Positions 40,451 to 50,912 of a stretch of DNA of 64,000 nucleotides are shown piece by piece. Numbering within the stretch: the stretch's first letter is position 1; each line of letters opens with the position of its first letter. The translations under genes were made by a program, and so were the position numbers. This stretch comes from Opitutaceae bacterium (lineage in GTDB: Bacteria; Verrucomicrobiota; Verrucomicrobiia; Opitutales; Coraliomargaritaceae): NCBI GenBank assembly GCA_051252375.1, contig JBPOFY010000001.1, positions 160,001 to 224,000 on the forward strand, in the 5' to 3' direction. The notes beneath the pieces are model-generated. The model saw only the letters and a program-made list of their open reading frames with translations. It made no database searches and was not told the origin of the DNA.

Positions 40451-41539
40451 ATGGATAGCGCTCTTTTCGATTACCATTTACCCGCAGAATGCATCGCCCA
40501 GGAACCGGCAGTCACTCGTGACGCCTCGCGCCTGATGGTGGTCAACCGTGCCGACCGCACAGTCACCCACACCCATTTCGCCGCCATCGGAGAGCATTTA
40601 CCGAACAACGCGCGCCTCTTTCGCAACAACGCAGCCGTGCTCAAGGCTCGGATATTCGGCGCCCGCCCCACTGGCGGCAAAGTCGAATGCCTATTGCTTC
40701 AGCCAGCCGAAGACGCCGTAACTTGGTGGTGTCTGCTTAAACCGGGTAAAAAGACTTTCCAAGGCGGTCAGTTCGGGGTCGAAGGCGAATACACCGCCGA
40801 AGTCCTAGAAGCCGGCAGCAACGGCAACTATCGCGTGCGCTTCCACCCCGTGCGCGACGAGTCTGTCACCGATCTTTCCGAGCGCCTCGGCATCATGCCG
40901 CTACCGCCCTACATCGAACGCAGCGCCAACGACCCGCGTCAGACTGACGACAACGAGCGCTACCAGACCGTTTATGCCGACTACGACAAACGTGTCGCAG
41001 TCGCCGCTCCCACAGCCGGACTCCACTTCACCCCCGAACTGATCACTGAACTGACCGCCAGCGGCACGACTTTCCACGACCTCACCCTGCAAGTCGGGAT
41101 CGGCACCTTTCACCCGATCCAAGTCGATCAAATCGAAGCGCACAACATCCACCGTGAGTGGTATGAAATACCAGCAAACGCCTTCCGCACACTTCAAAAC
41201 CCCGATCCCGGCCCTCGCATCGCCGTCGGCACCACCTCCGTGCGTTCAATTGAGGACGCCATGCGACGCACACAAAGCGCGCCCGAAACCTGCCTCACCC
41301 CTTCGGGTTCCGTCCAGGCAGAAGCAGACATTTTCATTTTTCCACCCGCGCAATTTGCGGCAGTCGATGGTCTGATTACTAATTTTCACCTGCCAAAATC
41401 GACACTCTTGTGCCTTGTTTCCGCCTTCCTCACTCCCGGGTCGGAAGATGGCATTCCTTGGTTAATGGAACTTTACGCCGAAGCCATTGCACACAAGTAT
41501 CGATTTTATAGCTATGGGGATGCAATGCTCATCCTCTAG
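40451..41539 (+). CDS. queA: S-adenosylmethionine:tRNA ribosyltransferase-isomerase
   Basis: FDYHLP..IAQEP, PLPPYI, AAPTAGLHFT, TNFHLPKSTL, YRFYSYGDAMLIL. Confidence 0.97.
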   Translation: MDSALFDYHLPAECIAQEPAVTRDASRLMVVNRADRTVTHTHFAAIGEHLPNNARLFRNNAAVLKARIFGARPTGGKVECLLLQPAEDAVTWWCLLKPGKKTFQGGQFGVEGEYTAEVLEAGSNGNYRVRFHPVRDESVTDLSERLGIMPLPPYIERSANDPRQTDDNERYQTVYADYDKRVAVAAPTAGLHFTPELITELTASGTTFHDLTLQVGIGTFHPIQVDQIEAHNIHREWYEIPANAFRTLQNPDPGPRIAVGTTSVRSIEDAMRRTQSAPETCLTPSGSVQAEADIFIFPPAQFAAVDGLITNFHLPKSTLLCLVSAFLTPGSEDGIPWLMELYAEAIAHKYRFYSYGDAMLIL

Positions 41540-41592
41540 AATCTGACTTTATTAAATAAATTTTGGAATAAGCGCACCGACGGACAACTCAA

Positions 41593-42117
41593 ATGGACAC
41601 TGACATACCATCAACATTCGAAGACATCGTGAGTGCTTACTACCAGCCGCTCTATCGTTTTGGCTATAGCCTGGCTAAAAACGAGCACGAGGCGGGCGAC
41701 CTTGCCCAGCAAACCTTTTTCATCTACGCCGAGAAAGGAAGTTCTTTGCGCGATCGATCCAAGGTCAAATCTTGGCTCTTCACCACACTTTATCGCGAGT
41801 TTTTGCGTCGCCGCCGCAAGGACGGTCGCATGGACCACTACGAACCGGAAATGCTGGAAGCCGTCGGCGGTTCCGTCGAGCCACACATCCGCCGCACCGC
41901 AGATGCCAACCTCGCCGTCGAAGCGCTTGACGAGGTCGACGAAGTTTACCGCCAACCACTTTCCCTCTTTTACATGAAAGATCTCTCCTACAAAGAGATC
42001 GCCGAAGTTCTGGATGTGCCCATCGGCACGATCATGTCACGCCTCTCCAGGGGCAAAGCCCAACTCCGCGATATTTTCAAACGCAAGGAAACTGAAACTT
42101 CCGAAAACGCCCTTTAA
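41593..42117 (+). CDS. ECF RNA polymerase sigma factor
   Basis: Region 2 AGDLAQQTF...SWLFT; region 4 LSYKEIAEVLDVPIGTIMSRLSRGK. Confidence 0.92.
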   Translation: MDTDIPSTFEDIVSAYYQPLYRFGYSLAKNEHEAGDLAQQTFFIYAEKGSSLRDRSKVKSWLFTTLYREFLRRRRKDGRMDHYEPEMLEAVGGSVEPHIRRTADANLAVEALDEVDEVYRQPLSLFYMKDLSYKEIAEVLDVPIGTIMSRLSRGKAQLRDIFKRKETETSENAL

Positions 42118-42120
42118 GCC

Positions 42121-42924
42121 ATGGACCGCGACGAAGCACAAAACATTCTCCAACTCTGCCGCCCCGATAACGAGGCCGACCGCCAAGACCCACTCATCGC
42201 GGAAGCCCTTGCCATGCTCGAAACCGACGCCGAACTGCGCACATGGTTTGAGGAGCAACAGGCCTTTGATGCCGACATCGCAGCACAGTTCGAAACCATC
42301 ACACCGCCTACCGACCTAAAAGCATCGATCCTAGCTGGCATGCGCGCTCACCAAGTCCATGCAGAACCCACAGCAGCAGCACCTGAAACGATCGTGCAGA
42401 CCTCGCAAGCATGGTGGCGCAACCCTTGGGTAGGCATCGCCGCACTCTTCGTCATCATGATGGTCATCATGAGCGCACCAGGCGGCAACCAAGACCAGCA
42501 ACTTGCGGTAAACAATCCCGCCCTCAGCGGTCTCCCGCCAGTCATCCCCTTTCTTTCCGATAAAATTGACGGCTTGAAAGCATGGCAGTTCGACAAGCGC
42601 AACAACGACGCGGCCCAACTGCAAACTTACCTAGCTAGCACCGGTTCACCCTCACCTAGCCTCTGCGACCAGCTCGCCAACACGCCGACCATCGGTTGCG
42701 TGACCTTCAACTACAATGGCACAAAACTCAGCATGATTTGCTTTAAGGATGGAGAGGTGTATCATCTCATAACCGCCGACAAGGCGAACTTCCCTGACAC
42801 ATTATCCGCTCAGCCCGAAGTCTTTGAGCTCAACGACAAAGCCTTTAAGATCTGGGTGGAAGATGATCAGGTCAACATCCTGACCATTCATGGAACGAAA
42901 AACGACATGCCTGAATTCATCTAA
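42121..42924 (+). CDS. Probable transmembrane anti-sigma factor
   Basis: Starts 4 nt after the ECF stop; N-terminal cytoplasmic domain with PPTDLKASIL, one TM, extracytoplasmic domain. Confidence 0.7.
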   Translation: MDRDEAQNILQLCRPDNEADRQDPLIAEALAMLETDAELRTWFEEQQAFDADIAAQFETITPPTDLKASILAGMRAHQVHAEPTAAAPETIVQTSQAWWRNPWVGIAALFVIMMVIMSAPGGNQDQQLAVNNPALSGLPPVIPFLSDKIDGLKAWQFDKRNNDAAQLQTYLASTGSPSPSLCDQLANTPTIGCVTFNYNGTKLSMICFKDGEVYHLITADKANFPDTLSAQPEVFELNDKAFKIWVEDDQVNILTIHGTKNDMPEFI

Positions 42925-42939
42925 GCCAAACCATACCAT

Positions 42940-43533
42940 ATGAAAAAATTCCTCTCGATCACTGTAGCATTCGCCCTCACCGCGCTCACATCATTCGCCG
43001 ACCAAACAGCCAGCGCGAATGTCGAAACCTACAAAATCGATCAAGGTCACTCTTCCGTAAAATTTAGCATCCGCCACTTCGTAGCGAAGACGACCGGCAA
43101 CTTCGGTGAGTTCGAAGGCACCCTCAGCATCAACCGCGACGACCTCACTCAGAGCCGTATCGAAGCAACCATCAAAATTCCATCCGTCGACACCGATAGT
43201 GTAAAACGCGACGCGCACCTTCAAAAGGACGACTATTTCGATGCCGAAAAGCACCCCGTAATGGTGTTTAAATCCACCAAGTGGGCCGCCACGAAGAAAG
43301 AGAACCACTTCACGGTTATCGGTGACCTCACTATCCGTGATATAACAAAATCCGTCACCCTCGACGTCGAGCTACTCGGCTTCGGCGAAGGCATGCGCGG
43401 CGCCTATCTCTCCGGATGGGAAGCCACCACCACGCTCGATCGCACCGAATGGGGCATCACCGGCGGACAACCCGCCGTCGGCAACGAGGTAGATGTGACG
43501 ATCAATATCGAAGCGATTCGTCAGGAGCAGTAG
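42940..43533 (+). CDS. yceI: YceI family periplasmic lipid/polyisoprenoid-binding protein
   Basis: Signal peptide; [20 protein letters not shown]...RDAHL...YFD, GDLTIRD. Confidence 0.92.
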   Translation: MKKFLSITVAFALTALTSFADQTASANVETYKIDQGHSSVKFSIRHFVAKTTGNFGEFEGTLSINRDDLTQSRIEATIKIPSVDTDSVKRDAHLQKDDYFDAEKHPVMVFKSTKWAATKKENHFTVIGDLTIRDITKSVTLDVELLGFGEGMRGAYLSGWEATTTLDRTEWGITGGQPAVGNEVDVTINIEAIRQEQ

Positions 43534-43597
43534 TTCGAAGAGACCGGCACCACTGTCCGTTTTTCCGATAATTTTGCGTGATTCACTTGCCAAAATG

Positions 43598-43613
43598 TGG
43601 AACCGAAATTGCT
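43598..43613 (+). promoter_or_regulatory. Candidate sigma54 -24/-12 promoter
   Basis: TGGAAC-CGAAA-TTGCT against consensus TGGCAC-N5-TTGCW; GG-N10-GC spacing exact; 37 nt upstream of ATG 43651. Confidence 0.55.
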
Positions 43614-43650
43614 ATCTTAGTTCAAAGAACAACGAATCCAATTACACACC

Positions 43651-44310
43651 ATGACACTCATCTTTTTTATCCTTATACCCATCGCAGTCGGCCTCTGGGC
43701 CCAGATGAAAGTAAAGAGCGCCTACAATAAATACATTCAAGTGCCTTCCCGCGGTCGCATCACTGGCCGCGAAGCCGCCCGCGCCGTAATGGAAAGCGCC
43801 GGCATCTACGACGTCGAAATCGTCGCCTGCCACGGCACACTTACCGATCACTACGATCCGACTAATAAGCGCCTCGCCCTCAGCGAAGCCAACTATCGCG
43901 GCAGCAGCTTAGCCGCCCTCGGCGTCGCTGCCCACGAAGCAGGCCACGCCATCCAGCACAAACAGGAATACGCGCCGCTCAACCTGCGCATGTCACTCGT
44001 GCCCATCACCGGCTTTGCCTCACAATTTTTACCCGTCATCATGTTCGGCGGCTTCTTCTTCGGCTACGGTCCACTCACGATCAACCTCGGCATCATCATT
44101 TACTTGATCCTGACAATCTTCCAGCTCGTCACCCTGCCCGTCGAATTCGACGCCAGCAAGCGCGCTAAAGCTCAACTCGTCGGTCTCGGCATCGTCGATC
44201 AAGACGAACTCATCGGCGTCAACAAGACCCTCGACGCCGCTGCTTACACCTACGTCGCCGCCTTCGTCAGCAGCCTCGGCTGGTTGCTCTACTTCCTAGC
44301 GAAACGCTAA
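43651..44310 (+). CDS. Membrane zinc metallopeptidase (YugP/Zn_peptidase_2 family)
   Basis: LTDHYDP, VAAHEAGHAIQH, TLPVEFDASKRA, AAAYTYVA. Confidence 0.9.
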   Translation: MTLIFFILIPIAVGLWAQMKVKSAYNKYIQVPSRGRITGREAARAVMESAGIYDVEIVACHGTLTDHYDPTNKRLALSEANYRGSSLAALGVAAHEAGHAIQHKQEYAPLNLRMSLVPITGFASQFLPVIMFGGFFFGYGPLTINLGIIIYLILTIFQLVTLPVEFDASKRAKAQLVGLGIVDQDELIGVNKTLDAAAYTYVAAFVSSLGWLLYFLAKR

Positions 44311-44422
44311 GCCTTCTACAGGAATCTCAAATGCCTTCTGGTATTAAGGTGAACAGTAGCAATATTTAAGATCCGGTTTGAGATATACAAAACCTCTGCC
44401 ATGAGGTATAGTGCTCATATAT

Positions 44423-45655
44423 ATGTCGTTTCCCTATAAATCTTATACCCTAGTGTGCGCATTACTGCACTTACTCGTCAGCCCAGCGAATGCCCTGATT
44501 ATATATTCTGGCGATAACAGCGTAAATCAGACTGCCCCCGACATCGATCGCACTGACATATTTAACTCGGTAGGCAGAATAACCAATTCGACGGGTACCA
44601 GCACGAATGGGAGCTGTGTTCACATTAGAGGCAAGTATCTGCTCACGGCGGATCACGTCCCAATTAATAGCGGCAATTTCGTTACTTTTGACAGTATAAC
44701 TTTTTGGTTGATCGACAGCCTTTTTACACCTGTTCAAATTTCAGGAGCAGATCTGAAGTTATTCAAGTTGGTCGATAACCCCATGCTACCCGATACAGTA
44801 TTATTTTCAGCTCCAATAGGCGATTCTGCAACTATAGGTACCTTTATAGGATGGGGAAGAGGCAGAGATCCAAATGTAGCGGATCAAGGTAATGGATCCA
44901 CTAACATTTGGACGTGGATGAACAACGACTCAGAACTCGCGAAGAGGTGGGGAACTAACGCCATACTTACACCAGTACCCGCTCCATTAGGAAATTACAC
45001 ATACACCGCACTATCTTCAAACGCCTCTCCTAACGAAGGCCCCAATGAAGCATCATTTTCGTTAAAGGACTCAGGCGGAGGCGTTTTCATCAATGATAAC
45101 GGAACGTGGAAACTCGCCGGGATCGCATCCGCTGTCATCCTTGCAACAACCCAGAGAACGACCTTTTCTAACTCTGGAGACCAAACATTCTACGTGCGAA
45201 TCAGCACCTACGAATCTACCATTCAAGACGAAATCCCTGACACCAGCGTCTATGCAGACTGGAAAGTCGACCACAGCCTTTACGGTGCCGACGCGCTCGA
45301 TGACGCCGACACCGATGGCGACGGCATCGGTCAACTCCAGGAGTTTGCCTTCGGTGGCGACCCGAACGTCAACGACATCAGCATCCTACCCACCTTTGAG
45401 CTAGTTGAAGATGGCGGCAGCTCCTATCTAGAACTCTCAGTCACTCGCCCTATCGGGCTACAAGACATCACTTACACGCCCAAGACGACCACTGACCTAA
45501 GCAGCTGGCCGAGCGACTCCACTGGCATCGTCGATGACAACCCAACACCTGTCGACAATCTCGACGGCACCGAAACACTTACCTACCGCCGTAGTGGAGC
45601 AGTCGCCAGTGCTGATGCAGCCTTCATACGAGTCGACGTTTCAGAAACACCATAA
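44423..45655 (+). CDS. Secreted trypsin-like (S1) serine protease with an acidic C-terminal module
   Basis: Signal peptide ending ANA; LLTADHV (His), ADLKLFKL (Asp), KDSGGG (Ser); C-terminal [14 protein letters not shown]...FIRVDV; start uncertain (44411 or 44423). Confidence 0.78.
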   Translation: MSFPYKSYTLVCALLHLLVSPANALIIYSGDNSVNQTAPDIDRTDIFNSVGRITNSTGTSTNGSCVHIRGKYLLTADHVPINSGNFVTFDSITFWLIDSLFTPVQISGADLKLFKLVDNPMLPDTVLFSAPIGDSATIGTFIGWGRGRDPNVADQGNGSTNIWTWMNNDSELAKRWGTNAILTPVPAPLGNYTYTALSSNASPNEGPNEASFSLKDSGGGVFINDNGTWKLAGIASAVILATTQRTTFSNSGDQTFYVRISTYESTIQDEIPDTSVYADWKVDHSLYGADALDDADTDGDGIGQLQEFAFGGDPNVNDISILPTFELVEDGGSSYLELSVTRPIGLQDITYTPKTTTDLSSWPSDSTGIVDDNPTPVDNLDGTETLTYRRSGAVASADAAFIRVDVSETP

Positions 45656-45659
45656 AGGC

Positions 45660-45689
45660 TTGACGGGGTAACACGGGGCAGCATTAACT
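45660..45689 (+). promoter_or_regulatory. Candidate sigma70 promoter for tRNA-Pro
   Basis: TTGACG-N18-TTAACT, 17 nt upstream of the tRNA. Confidence 0.4.
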
Positions 45690-45701
45690 TCGCGTTTTTT
45701 A

Positions 45702-45945
<244 letters not shown>

Positions 45946-45957
45946 CACTTTTGAATG

Positions 45958-45987
45958 AGGTTCAGTCTTTGCGACTGGGCCTTTTTT
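45958..45987 (+). terminator. Second intrinsic terminator after the duplicated tRNA 3' end
   Basis: aggttcagtc-tttgc-gactgggcct followed by ttttt. Confidence 0.75.
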
Positions 45988-46053
45988 GAGCACTGAGTCC
46001 GACAGACTATAGCGACTTCGTAATTGATGGCAAAATCTAGTCGATATGTATGC

Positions 46054-47379
46054 CTAGCCGACCTCTAACATACCGGACAGCGCAGTCGCAATCCCAAGAA
46101 AGGACATGAAACCTGCGATATCGGTAACAGTTGTTAGGATAATCGACGATGACAACGCGGGGTCTTGGCCGAGCTTCTTTAAAATGATAGGCACGAGCGC
46201 ACCAGAGGCGGCGGCAATTGTCATCGAAGAAATCATGGCGAGGGCAATAATCAGCGCGAGGCCGTAGCTCCGGCTCCACACATAGACGCCCAGCCCGCAG
46301 GTGACCGCGGTGGCTAGACCGTTGATGATGCCGGCACCGACTTCCTTCATGGTCACACGTAACCAATGACGCACGGTGATCTCGCGAAGCGTGAGGCCGC
46401 GCATAGTGACGGCGAGGGCTTGCGCACCGGTGTTTCCGGATTGTCCAGCAGCGATCGGCAACAGAATGGCCAAGGCAGTGTATTTCGCAATCGTGGCTTC
46501 AAACATACCCACCACGGCGGCGGCGAGAAAAGCAGTGAGCAAATTGATCTGCAACCATGGGAGTCGCTTCTTAACCGCAAACCAACTACTGGACAAAGCG
46601 CGCTCTTCCTTACTGACCCCGACCATGGTCTGCATGTTGGTCACTAGATCTTCCCGTAAGGCATCGATCATCGCTTGACCTTCGATAGTGCCGACAAGTT
46701 TGAAATCGATGTCGACTACAGGCAAAGAATCGAGCCGGTGCACCTTTAGTTTATCCACGGCTTCATCTTTCGGATCGAGCGCATTCACCCACACCTTGAT
46801 GGGAAGCGCCAACGATTGCAGCTTCCGATGGCCATCCGCAAGTGCGATACGCTGGATGTCGACCTGGCCAGTCAGACGCATAGAATCGTCGAGTAAATAA
46901 AGATGGTGAAGAGCTTCGATCTTCTGCTCCTTGATCTGCTTGATCGCATGATCGACAGTGATTTGCTCATCAAAAGCGATCACTTTAGTCTGCATTAAAC
47001 GCCCTGCGGAATCATCGGGATACTCCAATAATTCGGTCAGCTCTTCCGCAGCACCTTTGTCCATGAGCTGCAAATAGCTTGCACGCACCGAGGCATCGAG
47101 CCGGCTGAGCAGCAATGAAGCAACCCCGATATCCATCGCACTAATGAGTTCGGCAGATTTAAGCTCTGGAATATTCAATAGTATCCTATCGGCGACCCCA
47201 TGACTCAATTTCTCAAATAGTGGCACTAGAACATAATTCGGCAAGTCTACCAAGGCCTCCGCCGCTTCTGCCGCAGGCATGATCGCAATTCGTCGGGCAG
47301 CATCATTTGGAAAGTTTACGATGAATGTTTTATTCAGATCGTCGATGTGATCCAATGTTTCGGGAACAAGCTCAGTCAT
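46054..47379 (-). CDS. mgtE: Magnesium transporter MgtE
   Basis: YPDDSAGRLM, CBS pair, KRLPWL, GQSGNTGAQA, QDPALSS..LTTVTDIAG. Confidence 0.93.
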   Translation of the reverse strand: MTELVPETLDHIDDLNKTFIVNFPNDAARRIAIMPAAEAAEALVDLPNYVLVPLFEKLSHGVADRILLNIPELKSAELISAMDIGVASLLLSRLDASVRASYLQLMDKGAAEELTELLEYPDDSAGRLMQTKVIAFDEQITVDHAIKQIKEQKIEALHHLYLLDDSMRLTGQVDIQRIALADGHRKLQSLALPIKVWVNALDPKDEAVDKLKVHRLDSLPVVDIDFKLVGTIEGQAMIDALREDLVTNMQTMVGVSKEERALSSSWFAVKKRLPWLQINLLTAFLAAAVVGMFEATIAKYTALAILLPIAAGQSGNTGAQALAVTMRGLTLREITVRHWLRVTMKEVGAGIINGLATAVTCGLGVYVWSRSYGLALIIALAMISSMTIAAASGALVPIILKKLGQDPALSSSIILTTVTDIAGFMSFLGIATALSGMLEVG

Positions 47380-48232
47380 GCTTCACTCCTCCCATACTGT
47401 GAATATCGGAAACCGCCATCTCTCGCATTGAGAGAAAAAGCGCGAGTAATGATTGACCATACCCCTGAGCAATACCGGCAACGAGTTCTGGTTTTTCTTC
47501 ATGCGCGGTCAACTCATTCAGTGAGTCAATAGCCTTACGCAAATCACTATGGCGCAATACGCCGATAAACTCTCCGCCACGGTTCAACACCGGGACCATC
47601 TCGTGTCGCATCCATTCAGGATGCTTCACGATCTCCGTAATATCCGCTCTGCCTTGAACCGTTTTAAAGTTATCTTTTACCAGAGAGGAGATCGGAAAAT
47701 CATCTGAACAACGCAGCAATTCGACTAGACGGAAACGACCTTTCAATTTCCCCTCTGCGTCGAGCACGAACACAAAATCTGAAGGGACACTGTCTTGTGA
47801 CGATTTAATGATATGTAATGCCTCGCTAGCGGTGGAGTCATACCTGACCACGGCCACGGAATTCGTCAGGTGAGCTCCTACCATATCTTCAGCATATCCC
47901 AGCATCAAGACACAGCTCAATCGAGCTTTAATAGGGAGCTCTTTGATGTAGCGCTCTCTTCGTTTCGTGGTTAGGCATCGAAGGATGCCCACCATCTCTG
48001 CTGGCTTAAGGTGATGGAAAATCTCTAGCCCATACTCGAAAGGGATTTCTGCATAGATCGATGCGGCACTTTTCTTCAGCATTTCCACCAATACCGCAGC
48101 CGCATCCTTCGAGGGGATCTTTTGCAGAAAGGACGCAACCTCGCTCGCAGATTTTTGCTCTAGCATCTCTGCGGCAACGCGCGGATGCGATTCAAGAAAC
48201 GCCGCCGCGAGCTTGAGTTTATGTTCACTCAT
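47372..48232 (-). CDS. Soluble MgtE N-domain + CBS protein
   Basis: MgtE-like cytosolic domain (YAEDMVGAHL, VFVLDAEGKLKG, VPVLN..FIGVL) with no TM domain; start moved to ATG 48232 (8-bp overlap). Confidence 0.75.
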   Translation of the reverse strand: MSEHKLKLAAAFLESHPRVAAEMLEQKSASEVASFLQKIPSKDAAAVLVEMLKKSAASIYAEIPFEYGLEIFHHLKPAEMVGILRCLTTKRRERYIKELPIKARLSCVLMLGYAEDMVGAHLTNSVAVVRYDSTASEALHIIKSSQDSVPSDFVFVLDAEGKLKGRFRLVELLRCSDDFPISSLVKDNFKTVQGRADITEIVKHPEWMRHEMVPVLNRGGEFIGVLRHSDLRKAIDSLNELTAHEEKPELVAGIAQGYGQSLLALFLSMREMAVSDIHSMGGVKHD

Positions 48233-49121
48233 GTCCGATTTCCTGGTTATCACTTTCAACGTGCGACACCTCCGCAGTCGGCTCGGGTGCTTTAGAAACG
48301 ACTGTCACCATTTCATGGAAGAGCTTCGCCGGGACAATCGCACGGCCTTCCGCAGTATCTAAAACGATACAAGTTTGACGTATTTCAAGAATCTCCCCCT
48401 CGTAACCAGCTAACTTTATTATCTCACCGACTCGACAATTACGACGGATGTATTGAGCCCCGACCGTATTGGCCACCATACCTTTTGCGCCGAGTCCAAA
48501 TGCGAGACATGCACCCGCCAACAGCACTCCAATGATGATAGTCACCATCCATGTTAAGAAATGCATATCGAGCCCGATGTGCTCGACGCCGATCACCGAT
48601 GCGATGATCAGAATTCCGATACGCGCAGTAGTTGCTAAGACTGCGGTTTGAGTCGCACCAATTTTTAAGTCCGTATTGACGATCAGCGATTGGGCGACGT
48701 TGCTGATAAAGTAGCCACAAAGAATAATGAACAAGCCTGCGAGTATTCTAGGCAAATAACCGATGATTGTATTCATCGAACCGGAGAACACGTTCCAACC
48801 TAGAAGATTGGCACTCGCCGCGACGAAGAACATCAGCACAAACCAGAAAACCACCTGACCAATGACTCGAGTGTAAGACTTCTTAAAGTGCTCATCCTTG
48901 GCGTGATGGTGCGCAAAGAGTTTACCGAAGATCGAATCAAACGCGTGAATAATCTTCTTCGAAGCGATCCGAGCGATATACGCAACCACCCAACCAACCA
49001 GTAAGAGTAAGACTGCACCAAGCAGCTGGGGCAAATAATCGGCCAAATTTTGCGACAACCCTGCAAAGGTATCATCCAACGCTGAATGCCATGTCGAGGT
49101 AGTTTGGAGTTCTTCAGCCAT
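48225..49121 (-). CDS. MscS-family/CmpX-like membrane protein
   Basis: Repeated YLPQLLGA/YLPRILAG TM-helix units, AFGLGAKGMVAN, VGEIIKL..EGEILEI. Confidence 0.8.
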   Translation of the reverse strand: MAEELQTTSTWHSALDDTFAGLSQNLADYLPQLLGAVLLLLVGWVVAYIARIASKKIIHAFDSIFGKLFAHHHAKDEHFKKSYTRVIGQVVFWFVLMFFVAASANLLGWNVFSGSMNTIIGYLPRILAGLFIILCGYFISNVAQSLIVNTDLKIGATQTAVLATTARIGILIIASVIGVEHIGLDMHFLTWMVTIIIGVLLAGACLAFGLGAKGMVANTVGAQYIRRNCRVGEIIKLAGYEGEILEIRQTCIVLDTAEGRAIVPAKLFHEMVTVVSKAPEPTAEVSHVESDNQEIGHE

Positions 49122-49237
49122 AGGTGATCAATAAAACCGAGAACATAAAAACAGTCGATCTAATCTTTATAGGCAAAGTAGCATCGGTCCCCCTCGACGT
49201 GCCACTGAATCACACTCTAACTTTATTCAATGCTTCA

Positions 49238-49444
49238 CTAGCTTTTGAATACTTTCGGAAGATAGCGAAAGGAGAGCGCCCCCGATAACCAGCCGATAAA
49301 AAACACGACGAAGATCAATAAGGCCCGTGAAATCGACACCTCAAAAAAGAGGAATTTCACCTGAACCATGAGAGTATTTTGTAGGCAAAAGATAAGCCCA
49401 CACACGAGGACGACACACAGTAGAATGATTTTTACTTTATTCAT
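49238..49444 (-). CDS. Small membrane protein, LapA/DUF1049-like
   Basis: TM-FCLQNT..VQVKFLF-TM pattern; 8-bp overlap with the upstream gene. Confidence 0.7.
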   Translation of the reverse strand: MNKVKIILLCVVLVCGLIFCLQNTLMVQVKFLFFEVSISRALLIFVVFFIGWLSGALSFRYLPKVFKS

Positions 49445-50738
49445 TAGGTTCAGGGGTTTCTGGATTGGACGGCTCGTGACTCTTAGGCAGCACTTCGTCT
49501 GTCTTACGGATTTTTATGCGCTCCAGTTGATTGCGTTCCTTCTTGAGGATTTTGAACATCAAGTCCCCCACTTCGAGTATTTCTTCAACATCGGGGATTC
49601 TCTGGATTTTCGCCATTACATAGCCAGCTAGGGTCGTGGCATCATCATCAGATAAACCGAGCGCAAGCTCTCGATTCAAATCCCGGATGGAAATATCCCC
49701 GTCCACGTCGTAAGAGCCATCGCGACACTTTTTGACTCGGCGGCGGGTAGGCACATCGTGCTCGTCGTCGATTTCGCCAAGGATCTCTTCGATAATATCT
49801 TCTAGCGTGATGAGACCACTTACGCTGCCAAACTCGTCCACTACTAGTGCTATATGCCGACGATGCTCTTTAAACGCCTTAAGTTGGTTTTTCAATCGAG
49901 TCGTCTCTGGCACAAACCATGGCTCTCGTATGTGTTCCTTAAAATCGAGCTCTTGCAGGTTCCCTTTGTATTTCTCGGCCGCCTTGAACAAATCCTTCGT
50001 GTGGATGACTCCAATAACATGGTCTCTGGAACCCTCCCAGACTGGGATACGTGAGAGCGAACTATTCGCCACGAACGATACGATATTCTCAATCGAGTCG
50101 TTTACATCGATCATCACTATATCACTACGATGCACCATGATCTCTTCTACCGCAGTATCGCCCAAATTGAAGATGCCACTAAGCATATCCTTATCGTCGG
50201 TCAGCACATCGCCCTCTTCATGATACATATTCACTGCTCCGCGCAGGACATCGACTCCACTCATTTTCTCCTGAGGCATAAAAGAAAAGAGTGAAATAAA
50301 TCGGTTCACCACCAACTGCACCACCATCGTTATCGGCGAAAGCAATTTGACGATGATTACGAATAACGGCGCCACTGCCAGAGCGACCTGCTCTGAGTGG
50401 CGCACCGCGTAAGTCTTCGGCAGCACTTCGGCAAAGATGAGCACCAGCACTGTCATAATACCAGTCGCATAGACCACGCCACTGGGGCCAAAGTATTCAA
50501 GTGCGAGAGCCGTCCCTATGGCCGAGGCCGCGATATTGACGACATTGTTTCCGAGCAAGATCGCGCCGATAAGCCGCTCCTTGTCTTCACGTAACTTACT
50601 GACAATGATAGCTTTTCGGTTGCCAGTCATTTTAAGGCTATGGATTTTAGCGCTGGAAACACTGGTCAAACCAGTCTCAGAGCCAGAGAAAAAAGCTGAA
50701 ATAAAAATCAGCCCAAGGACTATTAGAAGAGGTATCAT
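49437..50738 (-). CDS. CNNM/CorB (HlyC/CorC family) transporter
   Basis: SAFFSGSETGL, ILLGNNVVN, EVLPK, CBS pair (SRIPV, VVDEFG..GLITLEDIIEEILGEI), CorC C-terminal domain. Confidence 0.92.
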   Translation of the reverse strand: MIPLLIVLGLIFISAFFSGSETGLTSVSSAKIHSLKMTGNRKAIIVSKLREDKERLIGAILLGNNVVNIAASAIGTALALEYFGPSGVVYATGIMTVLVLIFAEVLPKTYAVRHSEQVALAVAPLFVIIVKLLSPITMVVQLVVNRFISLFSFMPQEKMSGVDVLRGAVNMYHEEGDVLTDDKDMLSGIFNLGDTAVEEIMVHRSDIVMIDVNDSIENIVSFVANSSLSRIPVWEGSRDHVIGVIHTKDLFKAAEKYKGNLQELDFKEHIREPWFVPETTRLKNQLKAFKEHRRHIALVVDEFGSVSGLITLEDIIEEILGEIDDEHDVPTRRRVKKCRDGSYDVDGDISIRDLNRELALGLSDDDATTLAGYVMAKIQRIPDVEEILEVGDLMFKILKKERNQLERIKIRKTDEVLPKSHEPSNPETPEPNE

Positions 50739-50912
50739 AAGTTAAGGGCGCATATTTGGACGAAGCAAACGCTTCTAATACAGGAAACAGCTGATACCTA
50801 TGGCTGATATCCATAAAGTGCCATAGAAATCGCTTCGGCTTATTTAGGGATAGCAATCTGAATTTCTCCAAGACTTAGCCTTTCCGTCCGAGTCATTTTG
50901 ATCTTTAAGAGC

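Noticed and set aside
50806..50823. TGGCAC on the minus strand upstream of the CNNM gene as a sigma54 promoter
   Set aside because: The -12 element reads GGATA rather than TTGC.
46000..50900. Mg2+ cluster as a complete integrative element, or preceded by an M-box riboswitch
   Set aside because: No integrase and no distal att copy seen; no riboswitch motif recognisable by eye in 50739-50897 (an Rfam scan would settle it).
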